A stretch of 21,265 nucleotides of DNA from Ginkgo biloba (taxonomy: Eukaryota > Plantae > Ginkgophyta). The position numbers and the translations under genes are program-made. This document shows positions 10,206 to 21,265 of the stretch, in pieces. The notes under the pieces are model-generated. The model was given only the letters and a program-made list of their open reading frames with translations. It had not been told where the DNA came from and ran no database searches. Position 1 is the stretch's first letter; every line of letters starts with the position of its first letter. Location: the NCBI GenBank assembly GCA_024626585.2, contig JANKJI020000004.1, forward strand, positions 133,074,377 through 133,095,641, read 5' to 3'.

Positions 10206-10771
10206 TTATAAAAATCCTCCATTGACATAGCTCCACGTAAAATATTGTTGGTCTGCCAAAAGAAATATAACTTTGGAGAATTAAATATTGCTTTGCCAAT
10301 CATTGCCAGAATTATGCACGTTGTCAATGTGCCACCGTGATGCTCCTGTATCATCCTCCCCTTCTTACAAAATTTTGACATGAGCTCTTGCTCATGGCCT
10401 GCAGTGAATTTTCCCTTTTCTGGTGATTGCTCCTTCTCCCGGGGCTCCATAATCGCCTTCACCTCACCACTGAGGCCTTCATCCATCAACAACTTAACAT
10501 ATGTACCTATTGCATTGTCCACTACCTTAGAATAATGCTTTGTTCCAAAATGGTGGGTGGCAATGCCCCTGTATCATCCTCCCTGGCTTATAAAAACTTC
10601 ACAAGCTCCAACTCATGCTCTTTCCCATAGTTATTTTCCTAGCCTTTTCTTTTTCTTGCTCTTCTTGCCTTGCGGAATACCTTGCCACTCTTGGTTTGTT
10701 TTGCCTCTTCAAAATCTTCGCCATCACTCGGTTGCTCTTATTCCTCTTTATCTGTTGCCTCACTCTGTCAT
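10160..10771 (-). pseudogene. Decayed K/E/R-rich ORF of unknown family, probably a TE accessory ORF
   Basis: ORF 10160..10522 (120 aa) plus an upstream frame reading DRVRQQIKRNKSNRVMAKILKRQNKPRVARYSARQEEQEKEKARK. Contains an internal duplication (10341 and 10564). No recognised domain. Confidence 0.35.
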
Positions 10772-10872
10772 NNNNNNNNNNNNNNNNNNNNNNNNNNNNN
10801 NNNNNNNNNNNNNNNNNNNNNNNNNNNNNNNNNNNNNNNNNNNNNNNNNNNNNNNNNNNNNNNNNNNNNNNC

Positions 10873-11873
10873 TTACCATAATGATAGCATGTGACAGGTC
10901 TTTTTAATACCTATGGTTCTCTATTTGATCTTCCACCATAGTGACGAGCCAATTTACCTTGACCCCTAGCATGGTATGAACTAAATCCTCCTCTTGGTCA
11001 ATAGTTTCAGTCAGCCAAAATATTACAAGTGTTCTCAAAACTTGAATGAACACCATTCTTCCATCTTCTACCACCTTTCTTATGATGCTGGTAGGATGTG
11101 GATGCACTACTAACAAAATGTCTCTTATGGGCATGATAGGATAGATTATCCTCATCTTTAAGTGCAAGTTGATATTCTTCATCAACACTCTCCATATAAT
11201 CCATGGAAAGATCATCTTGTATGGCATATGATAGGACATTAATGTATTTAGTAGCCAACTACTCTTCTCTCTCTTTATATCCACCATGGATAGACAACCT
11301 GAAGAAGTCGTCGGTGTACTTTAACACACTCATTTTTCTCTACTTCAAATTTTGAAATTCTTTCAATAAATGTTGACCATATTTTGAGGGTAAAAATTTA
11401 CCTTTTAATTTTCCCACCATCCATTGCCAAGCCTGAACTGGTTCCTTGAATTTTTTAACTCGATCTTGTTATAGGTGCTCCCACCAAAGGAAAACATTCT
11501 CCTTCAACCAAGTGCAAGCAAACTTCACTTACCTAGAATCCTTTATCTCCTCCCAATTAAAGTAATTTTCCATGTCTCTTATCCAATCCAATAAGTATTC
11601 CATATTTAGGCTCCCTCCAAAACTTAACACCTCCAACTTTTCTCCTACTCTATTTCCTTTCAACAACATTGTCAACACATCTTCAACATTCTTCTCTGGC
11701 TAAGTTAGACCTTCATTCTCTTTCTTAGGATCATAAACATGATCAACGAGTGGTGCGAGTCTCTTCTCTTGAAAATTATTTCTCACTCTTTCAACCTCAT
11801 TATCGATATCTTCAACCCTTCAAACCAAATCCTCCATCCTTTGAAGATTGGGACCATCTCTCCTAGGCAACAT
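10873..11873 (-). mobile_element. Ty3/gypsy (CRM-like chromovirus) gag remnant
   Basis: ATG at 11873 (MLPRRDGPN...). Then KLEVLSFGG/LNMEYLLDWIRDMENYFNWEEIKDSR*VKFACTWLKENVFLWWEHL...WQWMVGKLKGKFLP...FQNLK*RKMSVK/YTDDFFRLS...KYINVLSYAIQDDL, the retrotransposon gag pattern. It ends in VTCYHYGK, the start of a decayed CCHC knuckle cut by the gap. Confidence 0.87.
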
Positions 11874-11940
11874 ATTTAGTTTTTTGTCTTTTAATTTTTG
11901 CATTAGTGGATTTAACATCTCTTAATAATATTTAAACTAT

Positions 11941-11952
11941 GATTTGATACCA
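11941..11952 (-). other. Primer-binding site (initiator tRNA-Met)
   Basis: Minus strand TGGTATCAAATC is a 10/12 match to canonical TGGTATCAGAGC. It lies 5 nt after ...GCCTACA (LTR end) and about 70 nt before the gag ATG. Confidence 0.8.
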
Positions 11953-11957
11953 TCTTA

Positions 11958-12721
11958 TGTAGGCACGATGCAGGTGAAAACTTCCATGATTACTCCATAG
12001 TTGCCAACACTTATCTACCTTCCAAGATATTTTAAAAAAGTGAACCAACGTTGTCAGTTTGATCTCAAAACCACATGCTCACCCACAAGGGCATTAAGAT
12101 AAAAACAAATCACAGACAAAGTTTAATATTAAAGACTTCAATCATAGGAAGGAGAAAATGAACATGAGAAATGACATAAAACATAAGAGAACCTATACAA
12201 AACAATTTTTAATTGGAAAAACCCTCTTGGGAATAAAACTCTAAGTGTATTATAAGAAGAAGATATTACATTGATAATAAAAGATCCTCATCAGCTAGTA
12301 CTCACTAATGGGGGTCAATATAAGAAATAATACTAAAATATAAGAAATGGACAACTATCTTTAGAACACGAGTTTCTTCCCTCGATGAATCTGCTTGACA
12401 CTTGAACTCCACGATAAATTCCTTCTAGAATTCGATTGCTCAATTCAAACAACCAATCGACTAACTGTCCATGCTTGAGCACTCCTTCAAAACCATCTAC
12501 CCCTTTCTTCTACAAACCACTAATTCACAAATCCACAATTCAACTAGCCAACCCTTCTTACAAGTCAATTAGCCAACCCTTTCCTTAACTTGCACACTAC
12601 CTTTTATAATTGAGCTTCATCGGCCACCAACGACTAGTGCACAATGCCTCTTTTGGTTCTAACAATTATGTTAGGTGAGAATTTGATGCCTATAATGGCC
12701 TTCAGCCATTAATGCCCTACA
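11958..12721 (-). mobile_element. LTR (~764 bp)
   Basis: Inverted termini TGTAGG...CCTACA. One end abuts the PBS; a TATA-like TATAAAAG lies on the minus strand at 12601-12608. There is no second LTR copy in the window, so the 12721 boundary is inferred. Confidence 0.55.
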
Positions 12722-12729
12722 ATATCTCT

Positions 12730-12944
12730 CTAGGGCTTTTCCATCATCTTCTTGGTCTTTCCCCACCACTTGGTAGTTGTAATATTAAATTTATCTACAT
12801 ACCAATAACAGTCTCCAGCACGCCTTCCTTCTTTGACCTCTTGGTGCATGTATTTGAATTAATGTGGTAGGTGATAGGGTCGCCAATATTTCTTTATGAT
12901 GTCAGTCTCTGACCTAAGCTATCTAACATATATTCTTCACTAAA
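12730..12944 (-). mobile_element. Ty3/gypsy integrase C-terminal (GPF/Y region) and chromodomain remnant
   Basis: FSEEYMLDSLGQRLTS*RNIGDPITYH resembles the FxxNAYxLxLP...IFNVxDLxxY pattern. It is followed by EGVLETVIGM and, after a frameshift, YYNYQVVGKDQEDD, resembling the chromodomain pattern IL....YxxYLVKWKGxxxED. Degenerate. Confidence 0.5.
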
Positions 12945-15378
12945 NNNNNNNNNNNNNNNNNNNNNNNNNNNNNNNNNNNNNNNNNNNNNNNNNNNNNNNN
13001 NNNNNNNNNNNNNNNNNNNNNNNNNNNNNNNNNNNNNNNNNNNNGATGAAATTTTGTGAGTGGAGATAAGTTGTAATTCTTATTTGGTGGGCAAATTTTT
13101 TTTGTTAGACATTATTTTTTTATGGGGCCCATGAAGGATTATGCCACTAACAAAATTGTGAAATCCATGTGGTGTTTTGCTCCATCCAAGTGAGATAAAG
13201 CATGTGCTTTGTGGGGTCCATTTCAGGGTCATTGAGGCACCTTTGACACACAGTGTGAAGTTGAAGAACGCCACAGTTACATGTGCTCGAGGGAGAAATT
13301 AAGGCGTTGCCTGTAGAGAACATTGTGTGGAAAACAATACAACCGAATGTTGGATGTGAAGAACGCCGACTGCCAGACTCCATGTTGTTGTAACCTTCAC
13401 TTTCAAAGCCGTGAAATAAAAGGAAGCACCTATGTAGCAGAGCTAGTGGAAATACAGATCTGTCAAAGGCGATAGTTGATGTGCAGGTGCTGCTTAGCTC
13501 AATGGAACACCGCTGTGAAGCCAAGTGGTAGGCAGTCCACAGGTTCGATGTTTGTAGGCCCTAAGAGGCCATACAATATTTCAGACATTTTGGAGAACAC
13601 CATAGAACGCGCAAAGAAATCTCTTGAGGCCGTGAGATGCCGCACAGGTTTGGTTCAGGTTTTGGAACACCAAGGGAGATGTGAGGCCATGTTGGCTAAG
13701 ACGTCGCTGCTCATAAGAGATTCTAAGTTTATTAGTGAGAAACTATGAGGCTGTAAGATGTTGTAGGTTCTCACTATAGGATCTTGAGAGAAAGCAACAC
13801 TCACCATGATGTTGATTTAGAATTTATTGGCCTGGTACTATGCCATTCGAGAGGAGATAAGTTTGGTGAGGAGGAATGTTGGACCTTAAGGCCATGAACA
13901 ATCACTAGAGGGCCATCGTTGGGGCCATTTGATGCCATACAGAGCTTGAGAGATTGGTGTAGGATGGTAGGATGTCAATCCAGACTAAAGATTCGACAAA
14001 ATTATCCAAAAGTAGACAAAAATCTGGATTTGAAGCACAAAAGTCGCGACGCAAGAGACAAAAATCGGGAATTCAAAAAAAATTTCACAGGGGAATTAAA
14101 AAGGGAAAAGCCTTCCCTCTCCCTAACCTCTGGCACATCACTTCTTTGAATCATTAATTTGAAATGATTCTCTGCACTCCTCAAATATACACTTGTCAAT
14201 TTGAACCACTCCCTCCACCTCTCCAAGTCATGATTACCAATAAACTGATGACCACCCTTACCTATGGTGAAAGAATGAAGATTCCTAACTCTTTCTCTTT
14301 GGCCTTGCCAACTCCTTTCCTTAATCATAGGCCTAATTATAATGACCAGATTAAGAACTAGATTTTGATTCTTAATAGAAAAAAATATTTCCATAAAAAC
14401 TTTATCATCTACAAGAAAGTTTAATTCCTTAAAACCAAAGGAATTCAACTTTAGAAATGAACCTAAATACGTTGAATAAGGCCTTGAGAGAAATATGCAA
14501 ATTTAATTTGCATACATTTTTTGTAGATAGGAAGTTATTATTACGTCTAATGTGTTACATTAGGCACACTAATAATGTGGTAGTATACCTACATTAATAA
14601 TACCTTTATTAGTTGCAACTAGATAGTCATTTTATTTTTTGGAGCAACTATACATCATACTGTGTGTTATTTAGTCATATATTCTAATTTCTTATTATTA
14701 TGCCTATATTTTTAAAAATAACCAGAGATTACAAAGTGGTAGATTTAGAGTATTATATAGTAAATTAGATTTTAGAGTTTATAGTTTTGAGCTAACATTA
14801 AGCATATACATCGGATATAGAACCTTACAAAATAAAAATAAAAATAAACATACTTACAATTCCCATTAGCTAGGATAATTTTTTGTGTATACCAATCATA
14901 ATGGTTAATTGAAATGCCATATTATAATCTACTCAATCTATTTAGAAACCCACTCAAACTTTCTCTTAATAATCAACCTTCTTATATAGAAGTGATTTCT
15001 CTTCTATAGACTTGTTAACTAAAACCTAATACTTAATATTTATGTCCTACAACATAAATCAACTAATTAATAATAAAATTTTATAAAATAAGAGGCACGC
15101 ATCAATTTAAATCCAAAATTTTCACACTTTAAACATTATAACAAGAATTTACAATTTACTAATCAAAATAATATAAACTATTATGACTATTTATTTTTCT
15201 TTTTTCTACATCCTTTTTTTTTTAAGAAAAAAGGGTTTTCACCCACGCAAATTTTATATTAAATAAAATTTGAAAGATNNNNNNNNNNNNNNNNNNNNNN
15301 NNNNNNNNNNNNNNNNNNNNNNNNNNNNNNNNNNNNNNNNNNNNNNNNNNNNNNNNNNNNNNNNNNNNNNNNNNNNNN

Positions 15379-16940
15379 GACTACTTTCTATCCATGATTA
15401 GGTTAAAGGGGATTTCCTAGGACAACCTAAAATGGTTTGTGACCATTATAGAAATAACCAATATGGAAATTAACATTAGTGAAAAAATATCATATAATTT
15501 TGTAATGTTAAAGAGGAATAAGAGAAGTTTGTCCCCTCTCTGTTTTTCTCTTCATTATTATAATGGATGGATTCTTATCCTTTATATATTGGTTCAATAA
15601 AAATGGACTTATGGATGGATTTACAGTAGAGGGAAGAATAATTTTATATAACATACTAACTCTTTGTTGATGATCTTACCCTCTTACAAAATCCATCCTT
15701 AGATAAAATTTTGACATGGTATCAAGATTTAAAAATATATAAATAAGTATCTAATCATATACTCAATAGATCAAAATTGGGTCTAATCATTAGAGGTATT
15801 AAATAGTAACTAAAGAAAAACATAGGTGACTTTCTTGATGTACCTATTATCTTTGAGAATAAGAATATGAAGTTTATTAGAATTCCTTTAGTACTAAATA
15901 GGTTGAATGTATATTACTAGAATCCATTCTTAGATAAGATTATATCCAAACTATAGTAATGGAAGAATAAATTATTGAATTTAACTCACCTCTATAAGAT
16001 ATAAGATGGATAACTCAACTAAATTTTGACAAAAGTTGAAACTGTATTAGAGCAAATAAAAAAAGTTAGTGAAGGATGTAAAAATTTATAAAACTCTGAT
16101 ATAGAGGAAAAGGTACAATAGAGCATAAAGACCTACTAAATCAATGACTAAGATTGGTAGAAAAAGATCAATGACTTAGAGCGGAGTGTAAATAATTGAG
16201 GTAAGATGCAAAATTGAATAAAGTTTTAAAAGATAATAAAAGGTTTTGACTCTAATAGAGAAATGACTATAGCTGAGTTCATTAGTTTAATGAATTAAAG
16301 TAAAGTGGAAAATTTAAAAAGGCCGTGGTATTATAGTTAGAGAACAATGTAAAAATGCATAAAACTACTAAGATAATAAAATAAAAAAAAAAAAATCAAG
16401 AAGGCTTGACACTCTTCTAGGTCATCTTAAAACCTCCACCACTCTTTCTTAGCTTCTACATGAACTTCTTTCCATGCGGATAACATCTATATGAGCTAAG
16501 ATTCAACCAAAAATTTAAACAATTTGATAACTAAGTTAAAATTTGTAGTTTGAAGTATTATAAAAGTTGGTTTGATCTTAAAAGTAAGAGGAGTAAAAGG
16601 GAAAGACATTAGGGAAGATTAAGTCCTAATACAATACAAAGATAGTTCTCTAATTCTTCCTTCTTTCATGTCAAATCTTAATATTGATTTTCTAGTCTAA
16701 AACTATATGTCAATTCTCATGTGAGGCAAGAATTATTTGCACACTTATAATCAATCTGATTTGAGAGATATTAAACACTGTATAAAAATTTAATGAATGC
16801 TAGTTCCATTTCTATGTTTGATATAAATCTTTATAAAGCATGATATTTTATTTTCTTTAATAAAATCAATCCTCTAGATGTAACCCAACTTATGAATGGG
16901 AAAATTTAAATTCTAAAACTTCCTTGATTTTAGACATTCT
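15379..16940 (+). mobile_element. Unclassified reverse-transcribing element remnant, candidate endogenous caulimovirid (pararetrovirus) fragment
   Basis: AATAAA at 15596; imperfect stem-loop 15613-15637/15674-15698; PBS-like TGGTATCAAGA at 15717; A-rich decayed frame with a heptad stretch ILTKVETVLEQIKKV...KKINDLERSV (about 16022-16195). No gag motif was recognised downstream of the PBS-like site. Confidence 0.35.
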
Positions 16941-16945
16941 GATCT

Positions 16946-17750
16946 CTAAATCACTTTCATTGTGATTTGATGATAAGGGAATTTCAAGCTAACCTTAAAA
17001 NNNNNNNNNNNNNNNNNNNNNNNNNNNNAACATATACCTATTTTTTGTAATTGACTTATTGAGATAACTATAATATATGTGTAAGTGCATGGCACCATCC
17101 TTCTTTTTAATGAAGAGGATGGATGCATCCCAAGGTGATACCCTAGGCTCACTAGCCCTTTTGTATAACATCTCTTGTAACTGCAATCTTTGTTTATTTA
17201 TGTCATATGCATTATCTATATATAATGGGATGAACTAAACTTAACTTCACATGCTAAATCTATAGCATGATCTAGTTCACTTTTGGGATGAATTTAGAGA
17301 TCTTCGCAAGGAATCCATGAGTATATTCTAGAAGGAAGAGAAAATCTTTGAATTTGGGCCCATCATACTTTATCAACTTATTTAACTATTCCTAATAATT
17401 AATAACACCCCTTCTTTATGATTTTTTCTTACTTGTGTAAAGGAGATTTATCTATTCCAGGTTTAATCCCTATAGCTTGACTCTATTTGCATTAAAGGGA
17501 ATGTTACTTAAATAGTTTTAGCACTATAGTCAAATGCAATGTTATACTATATCAACCAATTTTGTCGCATGATAGTATTTTAGGTACCTAGAGGAATGGC
17601 ATAATACCTTCCTTTTGTTTAATATCCTTCTAACTCTAATTTATACTTATGTAATATCTTTATGATCTTCCTCTTAGCATCATTGTTTAGATGAACATGC
17701 CATGGTACTTTATGAGTGTATATGAGTGAATTATATTCTTTAATATTATT
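16946..17750 (-). mobile_element. Ty3/gypsy (chromovirus-type) protease-RT remnant
   Basis: PLGT*NTIMRQNWL...AFDYSAKTI (protease C-terminus), [58 protein letters not shown] and, beyond the small gap, FKVSLKFPYHQI. These match [30 protein letters not shown]...NKVTIKNKY...SKIDLRSGYHQ. Truncated near 16946. Confidence 0.87.
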
Positions 17751-20059
17751 AGAGAAATAAAAATACTAGTATTTTGAAAATTAATTAAAATTATAATTAG
17801 CTAGTAGAATATCGTACCTCCTATACATGTATAAATAAATTCTAATGATTTATCTATATGCCATAAATAACTATAAATACATGTGTACCATGTAGTGTAT
17901 GTCTAAAACTACTCACTAGTGTTCTACTTTATATATGTTGATAATATGTCCATCTCTTCTTAGATTCAAATAAATCCCTCTTGATATTCCCATGTTTCTT
18001 TTAATAGAAATAAATAATAGCATATATCTCCTTCAATCTAGGTTGTCAACACATCGATAATATACTAAATCTACTTAGAGATACTCTAAAAAATGGTTTT
18101 ATTTTATTATTTCTATCTTCCTTTCTATTCATTAAATTTTATTCAAACTTAGTCTTAGTCTTTACAACTTTGATAAACTTTTTAAACTCATTATACCTTT
18201 CCTTATGAATAATTAAAAAAGTGAGGTAAGTTGATTTGTATTAAAAATGTGCCCGTGTGAATAGAGAGGCGATGAAAATATTATAAAAGAACCAAATTCA
18301 AAATGGATAGAATACATAGACTGATTCAAATCATGATCTTGTTATATAAGGAAAGTATAATACTAATTATGCAATCTAATAGGGATGTTATTTGTACATT
18401 ATATTTCCCTCTCTACTACTTATTTTCTTATTCTATGGCATTGTCTCCTTCATATATATACCCATGATTCATTGAAGTAGTTTACCTATCAACCAACTCT
18501 CTCTATGTATGGATTATTCCTTATGATATCACATTAAGTCTTAACATTAATCTTCATCTAACATTATATATAATCATATAATAATAAGTCATACTTTACT
18601 ATTAGAATCTCTTAAAAACTTAAATCTTCATATATAATAAGACAACTTAATATAAAAACTATTAGTGCCTCATTTAAATTTATAGTCAAAGTTCATATAT
18701 AACCACACCATCTACTAGTCTACCTAGGTAACCATATATAATAGTTATTAATTGATAGGATATAGATCCAAATATAAGTTGTAATGAATATATTTGTATA
18801 TGTAACACTATAGGTTTCTATTGTCTCTCTTTCTTATTGATTTAGGCTTCTATTTATTACTTATCCATGCAAATTTCCATCTTCTCTCAAAAATTATTTT
18901 TTACTCTCATGGTCTTTTAGTCAAAATTGTTATAGAGTTCGGTTATCTATTAGTCTTCTTGTGTGACCAACCATAATAACTACCAATGTAACGAGACATG
19001 ATGGTAGCTAGCATACAATTTTAATATAATAGTTCAAAATTAGGTTTTGTCCAATGAATAAATAGTAGGATAGGATAGAGAAAATGTCTCTAAACTAATC
19101 TAGTATGAAAACCCTTAGCTTAGTTAAAAAAAATGGAATCTTATATAGGTTATAAGATGTAGAAAAAAGGAAAAAAAAAGAGTAGTTTGAAAATCAGATC
19201 ATTGTAGGATGCGAGTTCAGGCAATATTTTGGCTCTACTGGGGTTTCTTCCCTACAAAGGTTCTGGTGGTCGTTTCTGAGCATTTTTTTCCTAGGGGATC
19301 CCTCTCCCCTCCTCCTCGTTACTGGTTAAATCATGTGTTCTTTCTTTTGATGGATCTTAGTGGTATTTCTCTTCGTGGCAACTCCTTTTATGTTGGTTTC
19401 TTGTCTGGTGGCACCTCTGGATGTGGCTCTGTTATAGCTCTTAGGGGTGTCTTCTTTCCTCTTCTAGTGGCTACCTATTAATAGGTTATTTCATTTGCTT
19501 TCAGCCCGTTGAAGGGTCTGTTACCTCTGATTTTTCATAGGTTGTGTGTCTTTGGCTCGTTTAAGGCATGGTACACCTTATTGTTAGAGGTTTCAAGATT
19601 GTTAAGGCTTTTAGTATGGAATGACAGCTTGGAGTCCATCTATGCCTCCTCGATTGTCTAGCAATATGGTGGCAACCATTGCATTCTCATCAGATGGCTT
19701 CTCCTGACTCTGGGTGTGCTTTGGTTGGTTAGCACTCCAACTGGTGTGGGATCTCTATTTCTAAGCCATTTCTACTTCTTCACACTTCAAGTTGGGAAAC
19801 TCTTCAAAGGATCTCATCTTCAAGTTTGATTACCTGGTAGTATGGAGGTAACAAGAATATTTCTTATTTTATCTGGAGGCATGTTCATGGGTCTTGATTG
19901 GGTGATACCCGTTCAAGGGATTCTGCCTCACTTATTATGGAGGCTTTTNNNNNNNNNNNNNNNNNNNNNNNNNNNNNNNNNNNNNNNNNNNNNNNNNNNN
20001 NNNNNNNNNNNNNNNNNNNNNNNNNNNNNNNNNNNNNNNNNNNNNNNNAATAGGTATCA

Positions 20060-21265
20060 CGGCATTAGGTCGTGACCCTTTTTACAATAATTTAAAATGT
20101 AAACATTGTAATAAATAAATATGTCTAACAATAAATCATTCCTAATACTTCTATTTCTGTAGTAGTATGACTTTAAAAGTTTATTCTACTTCTATACTTT
20201 CACAAAAAATATTTACATTGAATAATTCAACCTTTAAAGTAACTTGATGTTGATTTTCCATTCTGATCATTATTTTAGAATGCACCATTTAAGAGAATCC
20301 CATATCCTTCCCATCTTNNNNNNNNNNNNNNNNNNNNNNNNNNNNNNNNNNNNNNNNNNNNNNNNNNNNNNNNNNNNNNNNNNNNNNNNAGTACCACTTG
20401 AATAAATTGTTAGTTGTCCTTCTACTCAATTATATAATTCACTTCTTTTAAATCATATCCAATTCCCAATAGTATAGAGTTTTACATAATTCTACCATTC
20501 TTAGTAAAGAAATTTTTTAAAATCTTAAAATCTTCAATAATTTGAATAGATCCTTATCTTGATTTATCTCTTGGTATTATTTTTCAATATTCTCTTTAGG
20601 ATCCCTAATATTTAATGCCTTTTCTTTCTTCTTTNNNNNNNNNNNNNNNNNNNNNNNNNNNNNNNNNNNNNNNNNNNNNNNNNNNNNNNNNNNNNNNNNN
20701 NNNAGGATACTCCACCTTTTCCTTACCTTTTTATTTAGTTCAATATCTTTCATTAGATCTTTCTATTTATTAAAGTTCTTTTTCAAATCCTTTTAGACAT
20801 GACCTTATAGTTAGGTTCACATCTTTATTTAATTATAATTTTGTATTGGATTTAGATCGCATGAGTTTTACATTCTTCACTCTTTCAATCAAATTAGGGA
20901 AATACTTATTTTCATGGTCATAGATACCATATATTTGACATACTTTACTTTTTAGAATAGAAAATGGAAAAGTAATTGAAGTGTCTCCCCAACCATTACA
21001 CTTGAAACACTTCATTATTCTCTTCTTTGAGAGCATCTGTAATTTTATTTTCTTATTACTATTTTGAGAACTTGTACTTTTAGTTCATTCTATTTCCCCA
21101 CCTTATTGATGAGGAATTTTTAAACACCTCACAATAGTGATATTCAGGTGGAGGCAAATAAGTGTCTAGAAATATTCAAGTGCCTACCACCCACATGTTT
21201 TAGGACTCCTACTAGAAATAGAGTCTAAGGTACAAAAAAATTTGCAATGTCAGTTTTCCACATCA
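20060..21265 (-). mobile_element. LTR-retrotransposon gag C-terminal remnant with tandem zinc knuckles (probably Ty3/gypsy)
   Basis: CFKCNGWGDTSITFP (from 21009) and CQIYGIYDHENKYFP (from 20940) both keep the C-X2-C-X4-H-X4-C spacing with substituted ligands. They are followed by a K/E-rich linker and DLFKLLKIL...ISLLRMVELC, resembling the gag-protease linker of non-chromoviral Ty3 elements. Confidence 0.65.

Larger units (their letters stand above)
1027..20048. other. Assembly gaps: eight runs of exactly 100 N plus several sized gaps
   Basis: 100-N runs at 1027-1126, 4465-4564, 8444-8543, 9550-9649, 10772-10871, 12945-13044, 15279-15378 and 19949-20048. The largest sized gap is 2536-3429. 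Confidence 0.97.

Noticed and set aside
14002-14448. 148-aa minus-strand ORF
   Set aside because: It has a non-ATG start, low-complexity composition and no recognised homology.
19209-19948. Hydrophobic 90-aa ORF, and possible gag fragments (LAIWWQPL, SSWETL/KDLIFKF)
   Set aside because: The hydrophobicity follows from T-rich composition, and the gag-like words are too short and frame-broken to support a call.

Overview
Fragmented, AT-rich land-plant nuclear scaffold; the species cannot be determined from the sequence. It is broken by many N-runs, eight of them exactly 100 N (joins of unknown size). The only host gene is a minus-strand mitochondrial porin (VDAC): exons 2 (1396-1463) and 3 (77-187) have canonical splice sites, exon 1 was not found (probably in a gap), and later exons lie left of the window. 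From about 5.9 kb onward the window is decayed transposon sequence: a short candidate non-autonomous Helitron, several Ty3/gypsy remnants (protease, three RT fragments, two gag fragments) and an integrase/chromodomain-LTR-PBS-gag junction. The most unusual items are (i) about 19 degenerate copies of a 15-bp palindrome (ACCGACGATGTCGGT) with variable spacers at ~30-bp periodicity (9671-10205), and (ii) a tRNA-Met PBS-like site with an upstream stem-loop and downstream coiled-coil-like, non-gag coding remnants (15379-16940), possibly an endogenous caulimovirid fragment. All protein family assignments come from manual translation and motif recognition, not database searches.
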